From the human T2T-CHM13v2.0 reference genome, Homo sapiens, in assembly GCF_009914755.1 (NCBI RefSeq), contig NC_060926.1: 64,000 bases of DNA; one strand, 5' to 3'. A model generated the notes under the pieces. It searched no databases, was not told where the DNA came from, and was given only the letters and a program-made list of their open reading frames with translations. Shown here in pieces: positions 25,076 to 37,620 of this stretch (position 1 is the first letter of the stretch; every line of letters begins with the position of its first letter). The position numbers and the translations under genes are program-made.

Positions 25076-27119
25076 GTCAATTTGTTAATGTATAAAAATT
25101 CTTGTACTATCCATATCATCTCCATATTGTAGGAGCAGTTAAGAGGAAATAAAGTATTTTAATGAGTAAATTTTCTAAAATTTCTGACAAAGGCAGTTTA
25201 CCTTGGTCTGAAGATTAGATTTACACAAATTTAATGACCTAAAGAGCCACACCAAATTGGAAACCTGAATTTTACTCAAACAATAATTAGAGTAGGCCTA
25301 AGAAATCTTTTGCATCCACCCTAAAAATCCTTCCATTACAGTTGCCTGATAATAATAGCACTTCATACTGTCAAGCTCTTATAAATATTTCTTGGTCTTA
25401 TTATTAATAGGCCAAATCTGCCTTTGCAAAGAGTCACACCCATCCAAGTCCCAAACTTTAACCTGGATACTGAGACCCCAAATCAAGGGGCATGTATTAA
25501 AAAGTCTCATTTAATCCTTTTAGAATTAAACCACACCAAGTGTTCTTAACAATTCACATTGCCATAATTTGCCATAGAGAGGAACTTGGAAACTGACATC
25601 CCACTGCAAAAGAAGTTTCTGTACCAGTTTACAACCTAGTGTACAGATGCTTTCTTTTCATCATAAAGTGAATATAGTAATACTAACACTTGACAAAGCT
25701 CCTCTACAACTTACTTTAATGGGAATCTTATCTCTTCATGGAAAGCCAGCACTTTAAAGAGGTACACTGTGAACTTCACCTTTGGTAAATGATTGATATC
25801 TTTTCATAACACTCTGGTTCTTTAGGATTAAGATGGTGTTTACAACTGAGTAAAAAACAGATGGAAGAAATGTGAAAAACCACCTGGTAATGCAGGCCAA
25901 ACACACTGTGTATGAGATGGGCCAAGCAACGCTGAATTAATCTTGTCAGTTAAATATTTAATGTGCTTGATTATATGTATATTTGTTGTCCATTTGTAGC
26001 TTCAATCGTGATCTTCCCCGTTACTCTGTTTTGTAGTATCTCTTCTAAGAAGTCCCAGCCTCGCCCTGACTCCAAATTACTTAGATTCCTAAACACAGTG
26101 GATGGCTAGTTGGACCTGACTGAGCTGGCTCAGAACAAATATTGTATTTTCAGATCATATCACTGCCCAAAGTCTTATCCTGCCCACCTTATCATTCAAG
26201 TCACTATAAGACTTCATTAATATCCCATTATTAACTTGAGTATGCTTCTCAGGAGGTTCCAAAGTGGACCTTCAGTAAAGCAAGCTGCTCACTAACCTAG
26301 AACACATCTGTTACTTCAAAAATAGATCAATTAATCAATAACAACACGCAGATCCAAATTAGTACCAAATTGTTGTTAATCTTTATCAAAATACATTAGA
26401 TCCTAACAAAATTCAGTCAAATAAATAACTTGAAGTAAATTAGTAACATCTCTAGTGTATTCTTCTCAACTCTGCTCATAATTAAAAGGGAATAAAAATG
26501 TAGCAATGTCTTCTGCAACCTTACCAGACCACTATCCCACTTAGAAAATGGATGGATTTGTGCCTGGGGCCCAGCCAATGGAGATCAAGGCATGCATCTC
26601 CTCTGCATTCCAGTCAGACTGCTCATCTCATCTTGGTCCAAATTCACCTGAATTACCTACATATATTTTTTCAAAATAAGTCCCCCATTCATATATTCAA
26701 ACCGAGACTCACTCTTATAATAAGCTCCCCCAATTGAGAATCTGATAATAGCAGTACACATACATATGTTGATAGATTGCTTTGATTTCTACTTCACATG
26801 TAAAGGAGCTCTTATATAAAATAAATTTCATGTAATAGGTAATATTATATTTACATTTTGCCAGATTCAAAAGTTATAGGGTCTGCATGATCTAAATTCA
26901 GAGCCTCTGTCATTGCTCAAATGTCAAAACCATAAAAGTAGAGCTGATAATTGGGATAACTGGGAAAAAATACCCCTAAAAATATACTTACTTCACGCAG
27001 TTGACCTCAGTATTTTGCATGAAAACTTTATGCATCCAACATCTCTTTGAAATCCTCACACCAGAAAAGTATCTCTGGTTTTAAAAATAATAATACGAAA
27101 GTTTCAATGTTGTGTTGTG

Positions 27120-28560
27120 GAGAGACTAAATGAAAAAGTCTCTGAACCGGGGGACAATGAGTATAGATAGCTGAGGTCTCTTCCTGAAAATTCAGTAAAT
27201 AATCACAAGTCTGAATTTGGTACAGTAAACACTACACTTCCCTGACCCCTGTGAATCCTAGATTCATACCACCTCAGAAAGGAGGTTGAGGAGTCTTCTC
27301 CGGGGAAATTGACTAAAGTAAAAGAAAAGACATTGAGATTAAAATGTGAAGATCTCCTAACAAAATAGCCTGCTTACCCTGCCCTACCCCATTCATAAGA
27401 AGTATCTGATCCTTCCCAAGCATTGAGACTTCCCAAATGCACACTTCTCAAACATTCAGCCTTCAATCCTACATATAAATGGAGACCATTTGAGGCACAT
27501 CTCTCACATAAAGCAGAGACCAAAGAAAAACAAAGCAAAAGAAAACAAAAAATAAGAATGTGGATGACACAGAAATAATGAAGGCAGAAGAATGAACCTT
27601 TTTGCAATCTACAATTGTTATAGCCAAAAAGGAAAGAACAAAATGTTATTAAATGAGAAAAACACAGAGAAAGAAGATTCAGAGACATAAAGACAGAAAG
27701 AAAGTCCTGAAAATTTTCAAAACACATGATGAAAGATAATTACAAAAACAAATTAAGAAAAGTTTAATATTACACTGAGAAAATCTCCAATAAAGCAGAA
27801 TATGAGGACAAAGTGTTTAGAAATAATAGAGAAAATATGGGAGTAGGATGATCTTCCGAAGCAGTTCAACGTTTGAATAGAAGTTTTACAGAAAGAACAG
27901 GAAAAAAACAGGGGACAAATTTGTCAAATAATTCAAGAAAATTTCCAGAACATAAAGTCATGAATTTACAGATTGGAAGGACCCACAGCATAACCAAAAA
28001 AACATGATTTTAAAAGACCTATATATTAGGGCATGTAGTCATGAAATATCAAGACACCAGGAATAAAGAATATTAGTTTCTAGAGATAAGTTAAAGGATG
28101 CATACAGAGGATTAGAAACTGTAATGGCAGAAGTTTCAGCAACAACACTGGATGCTAGAAGACAATAGAAAAATAATTCCAAATTATGAGGAAAAAAAAT
28201 TCCCAATGTATTTCTATCCCAAATCAAACTATTAAATGTGAGCAAAAATAAAAACATTTACAATTATGAAAGCTTCTCAAGAATACATTTTCTTTACTTC
28301 TTGAGAAGCTGTTGAAGAACATATTGCACCCAAAAATGTAAAATAAAGCAATAAATGTAAAAACATAAGATCCAGGAAATAAGAAATCTGACTCAGAGTC
28401 TAGGCAAAGAGGGTTTCTAGAATAATGATGAATGGCAATGATGTATAGAAAGCCTAGAGATAGCTCCAAGAAGAATGTATTCAAGAAAAAGTTATAACTA
28501 ATCAATTTTCTGATGTATCTAATCATACTAAAGCTATTTTATATATTCATAAATATTTAC
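27120..28560 (+). mobile_element. Ancient L1M ORF1 or HAL1-like relic
   Basis: AATTCAAGAAAATTTCCAGAAC...CAGATTGGAAGGACCCAC and CAGCAACAACACTGGATGCTAGAAGACAAT ORF1-type motifs. Confidence 0.6.
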
Positions 28561-28626
28561 ATTTATTTACATATTAGACCTTTGTCTCATTCCATGTTAG
28601 TATATGCAGACTGACTTAATTTTCTT

Positions 28627-29544
28627 CATTTTTAATTGACTTGTAACAGTTGTATATATTTATGGGGTTCAGAGTGATATTTTGATACATACATATGTAT
28701 ATGTATATATAAAATATGTAATGATTAAATCAGGATGATTAATATAGTCGTCACCTCAAATATTTACCATATCTTTGTGTTGAGAACATTCAGAATTCTC
28801 TCTTCTCCTATTTGAAAATATACAACAAATTATTGTTAACTATAGTCACCGTACAGTGCTATAGAAAACAAGAACTCATTCCATATATAGAGAGAAATAT
28901 TTATATATATCACACACACATGCACACATATTCCTCCTATATATAGTCCCCATATATGGGAGGAATATACGCACATGTAACTGTAATTTTGTATCACTTA
29001 ACCAACAGTATTTCTACATCCTCTCCCTGGGCCCTAATAACCACACTTCTGTTTTCTACTTTAATGAGCTTCACTTTTTTAGGTCCTACATATAAGTGAG
29101 AACATGCAGTCTTTATTTTTCTGTGCCTGACACTTAACAGAATGTACTCCAAGATATTCATGTTGCTGAGAATGACAGAATTTTGTTCTGTTTTATGGTT
29201 GAACAGTATTTCACTAGGTATATGTACCACATTTCCTTTATCCCTTCATCTGTTGATGAACACTTAGGTTGATTCATATTTTGACTACTGTGAATAGTGT
29301 TGCAGTGAATATGTGAGCGCAGATATCTCTTCAATATACTGATTTCCTTTTATTTGAATAAATGCCAGTAGTGGGATTGCTAGATCATATGACATTTCTA
29401 TTTTTAATTTTTAAGGAACCTCCATACTGTTTTCCATAATGGCTGTCCTACTGTACATTCCCACTAACACTGTATGAGCATTCCACTTTCTCTGCATCCT
29501 TGCCAGTATTTGTTATTTTTTGTCTTTTTAAAAATAACCATTCT
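28627..29544 (-). mobile_element. L1MA 3' end
   Basis: TTTTTAATTGAC...TATTTATGGGG...; antisense ORF2 C-terminus (ORF 28994-29230). Confidence 0.8.
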
Positions 29545-30070
29545 GAGGATTAAGATGGTGGATGGGAAGCAGGACTAGCTTGCAGCTCTCAGGCTTGGAC
29601 AGACAGAGCAGCATGTAGAAAATCACATCATAAATTTTGCTCCAAGAACTACTGCAGCAACATACCAGAAAAGCTGAGAGAATCCACCGACCCTTTGAAG
29701 GAACTGGATTGCCACTGCAGGCTCCCTGACATGCTGAAAAACTCTGAGTCTGCTTACTTTCTCAGCAGGGAGGCTGGTGGTCTGAGGTGAGCTCTCAGCC
29801 TTGGTCACTGGCTGCCTGGAAATAGACTTGGTACTGTTGAGGGGTACATAGTGGGAGTGAGATCGGCCTTTGGGACTGCAGGCTGTGTGGGAGCAGGGTG
29901 AGTCCTGTGACTGCTGGCTTTCCCTCACTTCCCTGATGACCTGTATGACTCAGCGGAGGCAACCATAATCCCCTTGGGAACATAACTCCATTGGCCTGGG
30001 AACCACACCCCTATCCCCCACAGCAGCTGCGGCAAGCCCTGCCCAAGGAGAGTCTGAGCTCAGACATGCC
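29545..30070 (+). mobile_element. L1PB-type 5'UTR fragment
   Basis: AAGATGGTGGATGGGAAGCAGGACTAGCTTGCAGCTC start; CCTGCCCAAGGAGAGTCTGAGCTCAGACA. Confidence 0.75.
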
Positions 30071-30534
30071 AATCTAATAGTTGTTTTGTTTTTAGTTGTT
30101 TTTTAACAGAGATTTATGGCAGGATTAGTTCCAATCATTTCTGTTCCAATGCAAGGCAGTTGTTGAAAGTCTAAGTCTAGTTGGCCCCTGAAATAGCACA
30201 TAATGTTTTTGGGTGGTGAAGATGAGATACCTTTAACAATAAAGCTCCTCTCACAGTAGAGAAATGGCCACATGGTCATTAAAAATTATACTATGTCAAC
30301 AGAATGAAACGCAAAACTATGTCTACCCTATAATTACATCATCGAAAGATTACATATGGGAGTGTAAAAGGCTGCAAATATTTTTAAAATACAAATATGT
30401 TAATCTATTAGTCAATAAAATTTATTTTAAATTTTGTTACTATTTTTATAATAGTGTTCAGACAATACATATTTCTTTCCAAAAAAATAGACAAACAATA
30501 ACAGTAGTATAAACACTTTTGAGTATTAAGTTGC

Positions 30535-31240
30535 ACAACTCTTGATAAAAGAATTCAGCAAAATTTCCGAATACAAAATTAATATACACAAATCAGTAGT
30601 TCTTCTATACACCAACAATGACCAACCTGAGAATCAAATTAAGATCTCAACCCCTTTTACAATAGCTGCAAAAAAAAAAAAAAAAAATACTTAGGAATAT
30701 ACCTAACCAAGGAGGTGAAAGACCTCTACAGGAAAACTACTAAATACTGCTTAAAGAAATCATAGATGACACAAAGAGATGGAAGTACATCCCAAACTCA
30801 TGAATGGGTAGAATCAATATTGTAAAAATGACCATACTGCCCAAAGCAATCTACAAATTCAACACAATTCCCATCAAAATATCACCATCATTCTTCACAG
30901 AATAAAAAAAAAAATCTAAAATTCATATGGAACCAAAAAAGAGCATGCAGAGTCAAGGCAAGACTAAGCAAAAGGAACAAATCTGGAGGCATCACATTAC
31001 CTGATTTCAAACTATACTATAAGGCCATAGTCACCAAAACAGCATGGTACTGCTATAAAAATAGGCACATAGACCAATGGAACCGAACAGAGAACCCAGA
31101 AATAAACCCAAATATTTACAGCCCCCTGGTCTTTGACAAAGCAAACTAAAATGTAAAATGGGGAAAGGACACCCTTTTCAACAAATGGTGCTGAAATAAT
31201 TGGCTAGCCATACATAGGAGAATGAAACTGGATCCTCATC
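30535..31240 (+). mobile_element. L1PB ORF2 fragment
   Basis: GAATTCAGCAAAATTTCC...TACTTAGGAATATACCTAACCAAGGAGGTGAAAGACCTCTAC...GAAACTGGATCCTCATC. Confidence 0.85.
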
Positions 31241-31866
31241 TTTTTTTTTTTTCCAACTTTTTTTTTTCTTTTTTTTATTATACTTTAAGTTTTAGGGTAC
31301 ATGTGCACAATGTGCAGGTTACTTACATATGTATACATGTGCCATGCTGGTACGCTGCACCCACTAACTCATAATCTAGCATTAGGTATATCTCCCTATG
31401 CCACCCCTCCCCCCTCCCCCCACCCCACAACAGTCCCCAGAGTGTGATGTTCCCCTTCCTGTGTCCATGTGTTCTCATTGTTCAATTCCCACCAATGAGT
31501 GAGAATACGCGGCGTTTGGTTTTTTGTTCTTGCCATAGTTTACTGAGAATGATGATTTCCAATTTCATCCATGTCCCTACAAAGGACATGAAATCATCAT
31601 TTTTTATGGCTGCATAGTATTCCATGGCGTATATATGCCACATTTTCTTAATCCAGTCTATCATTGTTGGACATTTGGTTTGGTTCCAAGTCTTTGCTAT
31701 TGTGAATAGTGCCGCAGTAAACATAAGTGTGCATGTGTCTTTATAGCAGCATGATTTATAGTCCTTTGGGTATATACCCAGTAATGGGATGGCTGGGTCA
31801 AATGGTATTTCAAGTTCTAGATCCCTGAGGAATCACCACACTGACTTCCACAATGGTTGAACTAGT
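31241..31866 (-). mobile_element. Young L1PA (PA2/PA3-like), 5'-truncated 3' end
   Basis: Poly(T), then TTATTATACTTTAAGTTTTAGGGTACATGTGCAC and CTAGCATTAGGTATATCTCC; ORF 31482-31724 is the ORF2 C-terminus ([15 protein letters not shown]...SLIGGN). Confidence 0.95.
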
Positions 31867-31884
31867 TCAACCATTGTGAAACAC

Positions 31885-32606
31885 TATTAAAACCCGAATG
31901 AGTTGCCACTACATACTCACTGGACTGAAAAAAATAAATTAATGCCTGGAAAAGTAAGCATTTATTGGAGAGAATATGGAGGCCTAGAAACACTCAAACA
32001 CTGCTTGTGGAAACGTAACTTGATAGAACTATGTAGGAAAAAAGTGTTGCTATCTACTAAATAGATGTCTACCAGTTGTTTCACTCATAGTATAGAAAAC
32101 TATGTATTTCCGAGCCCAGAAGTGATAAATAAGAAGTTTAGCACAACATTTTTCAGAACAACCCCATCCTATAAACAACCCGAATGTCAGTCATAAATAA
32201 AAAAGATATTTTCTTTATCATATTCATGCATAAGAATGTTATAGAGCAATAAAACTTAACAAACTAGAGCAACCTACAATCATACAGATGATTTTTACAA
32301 ACATAAACTTGAGCTCTTTAAAAAAATGGAAATACAAAAGAATATAAACAGAATGACTCCATTTCTATAAAGTTCAAAACCAGGCAAAACTACATTCTCT
32401 TCTTTGGAGAGAAATGAAAATAAAACTATAGGAAAAACAAAATAAATACAAATTTAGGATTGAGGTTGCCTCTGGGAAGAAGATAGGCTTCAAGGAGAGT
32501 GCACACAGGACTTTAAAGGTAATGCTAATGTTCTTAAAATGTGTGGTACACACATAGGTGTTCATTATTCTTTATGCCTAACTCATGTTGTGTAAATGTT
32601 ACTTTG
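31885..32606 (+). mobile_element. L1ME-like 3' relic
   Basis: GAATGACTCCATTTCTATAAAGTTCAAAACCAGGCAAAACTA and GAGGTTGCCTCTGGG motifs. Confidence 0.65.
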
Positions 32607-32610
32607 TTTC

Positions 32611-34097
32611 TGAGAGGTGACAACGTGCTAGCAGCTCTTGCTTGCTCTCGGCACCTCCTCGGCCTTGGCATCCACTCTGGCCGCACTTGAGGAGCTCTTC
32701 AGCCCACCACTGCACTGTGGGAGCCCCTCTCTGGGCTTGCCAAGGCTGGAGCCGGCTCCCTCTGCTTGCGTGGAGGTGTGGAGGGAGAGGCGCGGGCGGG
32801 AACCAGGGCTGCGCGCTCGCAGGCCAGTGCAAGTTCTGGGTGTGCACAGTCTCTGCAGGCTCCACACTCGGAGCAGCCAGCCAGCACCGCCGGCCCTGGG
32901 CAGTGAGGGGCTTAGCACCCAGGGCAGCAGCTGCAGAGGGGGCGCTGGGTCCTCCAGCACTGCTGGTCCACCTGCACCACACTTGAATTCTCGACAGGCC
33001 TCAGCCGCCTCCCCATGGGGCAAGGCTTGGGACCTGCAGCCCGCCATGCCTGAACCCCCTCGCAGTGGGCTCCCACGCGGCCCTGAGCCTCCCCAACAGG
33101 CACCGCCCCCTGCTCCACGGTGCCCAGTCCCATCGACCGCCCAAGAGCTGAGGAGTGCAGTCACACGGCATGGGACTGGCAGGCAGCTCTGCCCATGGCC
33201 CTGGCAGGGGATCCACTAGGCAAAACCAGCTTGGCTCCTGAGTCGGGTGGGAACTTGGAGAACTTTTATGTCTAGTTGGAGGATTGTGTAGGGAACTTGG
33301 AGAACTTTTATGTCTAGCTGGAGGATTGTATATGCACCAATCAGCACTCTGTGTCTAGATCGGGGTTCATGGATGCACCAATCAGCACTCTGTATCTAGC
33401 TAATCTGGTGGGGACTTGGAGAACTTTTACGTCTAGCTAGAGGATTGTAAATACACCAATCAGCACTCTGTGTCTAGCTCAGGGATTGTAAACGCACCAA
33501 TCAGCACCCTACCAAAACAGACCAATCAGCTCTCTATAAAACGGACCAATCAGCTCTCTGTAAAATGGGCCAATCAGCAGGATGTGGCTGGGGTCAGATA
33601 AGGGAATAAAAGCAGGCTGCCTGAGCCAGCAGCAGCACCTTGCTAGTGTCCTCTTCCACACTGTGGAAGCTTTGTTCTTTCACTCTTTGCAATAAATCTT
33701 GCTGCTGCTCACTCTTTGGGTCCGCACTGCCTTTATGAGCTATAACACTCACCGCAAAGGTCTGCAGGTTCACTCCTGAGGCCAGCGAGACCAGGAGCCC
33801 ACCGGGAAGAATGAACAACTCCGGACAGGAAGAATGGACAACTCCGGACTGGAAGAACGAACAACTCCAAACATGCCAGCTTAAGAGCTGTAACACTCAC
33901 CACGAAGGTCTGCACCTTCACTCCTGAAGCCAGCAAGACCACGAACCCACCAGAAGGAAGAAACTCTGAACACATCCGAACATCAGAAAGAACAAACTCC
34001 GGACACACCATCTTTAAGACCTGTAACGTTCACCGCGAGGGTGTGTGGCTTCATTCTTGAAGTCAGTGAGACCAAGAACCCACCAATTTTGGACACA
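32611..34097 (+). mobile_element. LTR12 (ERV9) solo LTR, full length
   Basis: TGAGAGGTGAC...CCAATTTTGGACACA; 4-bp TSD TTTC; GC-rich U3, CCAAT repeat array, U5 repeats ACTCCTGA(A/G)GCCAGC. Confidence 0.95.
33250..33615 (+). promoter_or_regulatory. LTR12 U3 enhancer/promoter: seven CCAAT (NF-Y) boxes, a GATA site and a TATA-like box
   Basis: CCAAT at 33337, 33378, 33456, 33497, 33522, 33546, 33570; AGATAA 33596-33601; AATAAAA 33605-33611. Confidence 0.75.
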
Positions 34098-34128
34098 TTT
34101 CTACTCAATATTTCATTTAAGAAACTTT

Positions 34129-34427
<299 letters not shown>

Positions 34428-35489
34428 CTTTGATGACTTTTTGAGGTTGAAAAATTGTGACGGAACATACATGTATGATATTCATCACAAATTTGCCAGC
34501 ATACCACCTTTACATGGAAAATGACCAGGAAGCATAAGTCAAAAACCCTTGAATTTATTATACAAAGGTGAAGGCAGAATATCTGCTACTCGTAGTAACT
34601 TACTTCTGACAAAGGATTCAGTATTTCTAGTTCCAAAGATCTGGACTGGTTATTTTCACTTCATAGTTTAAAAGATAATGTCATCTCTGATGGTTTTTCT
34701 GTATTACATCCCGAGGAGTTTGGGAGTTTTTAAGAGAGTCTTTAACCAAGGTGATTAAATTATGCCTCATCACTAGACAATTACAAAATATAGTGTGAAC
34801 TGCTAAGAATCCTGGGAAACATGATTTAAGGATTGGCCAAAGAGGTTCACTAGTTTCTTGTTGTTTAACTTGGCAATGAGCGTTTACGAAGTCTATCTTG
34901 CTGAGACAGCACTAGATTAAGGAATCCTTGAAGTCTCAGTTCACACAGTGTTCTCTGTTTTCTTAAACCCTAGCACAATGCCTGGGATGTGTTTAATAAA
35001 CACTTCTTGAATAAATAAGTAAATAACGAGTAAATGTAAGACTTCCTTTCTTCCTTTTATCATGTCTATCCAGACATGATAAAAAATCATGTAAGAAATC
35101 AGAACCTGGAAATACTTTGTCAAAAAAAAATTATTCTTAAAATGCATATAGGAAAAAAAGGGAGGGCTCCATCTATCTTTACAAGTTTTTTGATATAAAT
35201 TATTTTTCTGCATAATTTACTGTTTTCTAAAGTCCAAGGCTATGAACAAAAAAGCATTATCAATCGATGTGCAGAGTGAAGACAACCTTATAAACTGAGA
35301 GACTGACATTCCTTCTGCTATGAACTAATATCTGAACCATAAGGAGTAAATCCTCTAGAACTACACTGTAATGATTTTTCAACTACATTGCTTTGAGATT
35401 CACAAAGTCTCAAATGAAGGCAGAAGTTGGTGTCTCTATTGCCACTGCTCAAATGAAACAACCCTCTAGTATAACAGAAAGATGTTATC

Positions 35490-37620
35490 AGTTTTATTGA
35501 GAGAATTCACACACTAAAAAATTCATCCATTTAAAGTGTATGAATCAGTGGTTTTTGTATATATACAGAGTTGGGCCACCATAACCACAATCTAAATTTA
35601 GAGTATTATTTTTATTTTAAGATTAATCCATTTTGTATCTTCTATCAGTAATTCTTCTTATTATTATGGCTACGTAATTTTTTCATCATATAGATATACC
35701 CTGTTTTGTTTATCTACTCATAAAATGCTGGACAATTTGGTTGATTTCACTTTATGTCTACTATGAATAATACTAAAAACATTTTTATATTAGTTTCTTT
35801 GTACACATATTTTTTCTTTTCTCTTGAGAATGTACCTAGGAGTAGAATTGCTAGATCATAGGTTAAATCTACGTTTAACAGTTTCAAGAACTGACAGGCT
35901 GTTTTCCATTTTCCATTTCCAACAGCAATGAATAGGGTTCCAATTTCTCCATATGTCTGCTAACACTTGTTTTTTTTTGGGTTTTTTTTTTGTTTTTTTT
36001 TTTTTGCCTTTTTGATTATAACCTCCTGGTGAATATAAAGTGGTGTCTCAAGGTTTTGATTTGCATTTTCCTAATGATTAATGATGTTGAACACCTTATC
36101 ATGTGCTTATAAGCCATTTGTATTTTTGGTGAAAAATAGCTATTTGTATTATTTACCACGTTTTTAACTGGATTGTCTTTTCACCATTGAGTTACAGTTA
36201 TTGATATATTCTGCATAAAAGTCTCTTATCAGATATATGTTTGCAAATATTTTCTCCCATTCTGTGGGTCTTCTTTTCACTTTCTTGATTATGTACTTGT
36301 AGCCCAAAATGTTTAATTGGAGGTAGGAAATTTAAATTTTTTCCTCTGTTACTTGTGCTTTTGGTGTCATATCTTGAAAAACCATTGCTTAACCCAAGAT
36401 CATAAAAATTTACTGCTACGTTTTTATTGAAAAGTTTTATAGGTTTGGCTCTTATATTTAAGACTCTGATCCACTGAAGTTAATTTTTTCTATGGTATGA
36501 GGTAGAGATCCAACTTTATTCTTTTGCATACAGATATTCAGTTGTCTGACACTATTTCTTAGATAGATAATTCTTTCTCCATTAATTGTTTTGAAATCAG
36601 GGAGTGTGAGTCCTCTAGTAGCTTTTCCTTTTCAAGATTTTTTGGCTATTCTGGGCGTCTTGCATACCATATGAATTTTAGGATCAACTTGGCAATATCT
36701 GCAAAAAAAGACAGCCAATATTTTGATAGAGATTACATTGAATGTGTAGGTCAATTTTGGGATTATTTACCATGTTGACATTAAGTGTACCAACTCATGA
36801 ACAAGGGATATCTTTCCATTTATTCAGATCTTTTAAAATGTATTCCAACAATGTTTTGTAGTTTTTGTATATAAGTCCTGCCATTATATTGTTAAATTTT
36901 TCCCAAGTATTTTACTATTTTTGATGCTATTATAAATGGAATTGGTTACTTATTTTTTTCAGATTCTTTGTCAATAGTATGTGAAAATAAAATTAATTTT
37001 ATTAATTTTATTGATATTATATTCTGCAACTTTATTGAACTTGTTAATTAGTTTGACAGTTTCTTAGTGGGTTCCCCAGGATTTTCTATATACAAAATCA
37101 TGTCATTTGTAAACAGAAATAGTTTTACTTCTTCTTTTCCAATATAGATGCCTTTTATTTCCTTTGTTGCCAAACGTCCTGGCTAGAACCTACAGTACAG
37201 TATTGAACAGAGGTGATGAGCACATGTGTTTTTGTCTCCTTCCTTATCCTAATGGGGAAGACCTTCAGGCTTTCAACATTATGTATGATGTTAACTGCAG
37301 GTTTTCTCAGATGTCCTTTATCAGATGTTTTCCATATCTAGTTTATTGTTTTGGGGAAGACCTTCAGGCTTTCAACATTATGTATGATGTGAACTGTAGG
37401 TTTTCCCAGATGTCCTTTATCAGATGCTTTCTATATCTAGTTTATTGTTTTTAATAAAGAGAGGATACTGTTTTCTCAACTGTTCTTTTTTATATATTGA
37501 GATGATCATGTACATTTCATCCTTTATTCTGTTTATGTGGTGATTTTCTTATGTTAAACCAACCTTGAATTCCTGGACTAAATCCTACTTGGTCTTAGTA
37601 TACAATCCTTTTAAATTTCC
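35490..37620 (-). mobile_element. L1MB/MC-like 3' half
   Basis: AGTTTTATTGAGAGAATTCACAC 3' end; antisense ORF2 to AAACCAACCTTGAATTCCTGG. Confidence 0.8.
37253..37450. repeat. 99-bp tandem duplication
   Basis: TGGGGAAGACCTTCAGG...TTTATTGTTT twice (37253-37351, 37352-37450), about 5 mismatches. Confidence 0.95.

Noticed and set aside
32599-33219. Overlapping long ORFs (114-193 aa) on both strands
   Set aside because: They lie in the GC-rich U3 of LTR12, where stop codons are rare, and show no protein-family signal.
33250-33580. Repeat-spacer-like array (CACCAATCAGCACTCTG)
   Set aside because: This is the normal LTR12 enhancer repeat in a primate genome. It has no unique spacers and no cas genes, so it is not CRISPR.
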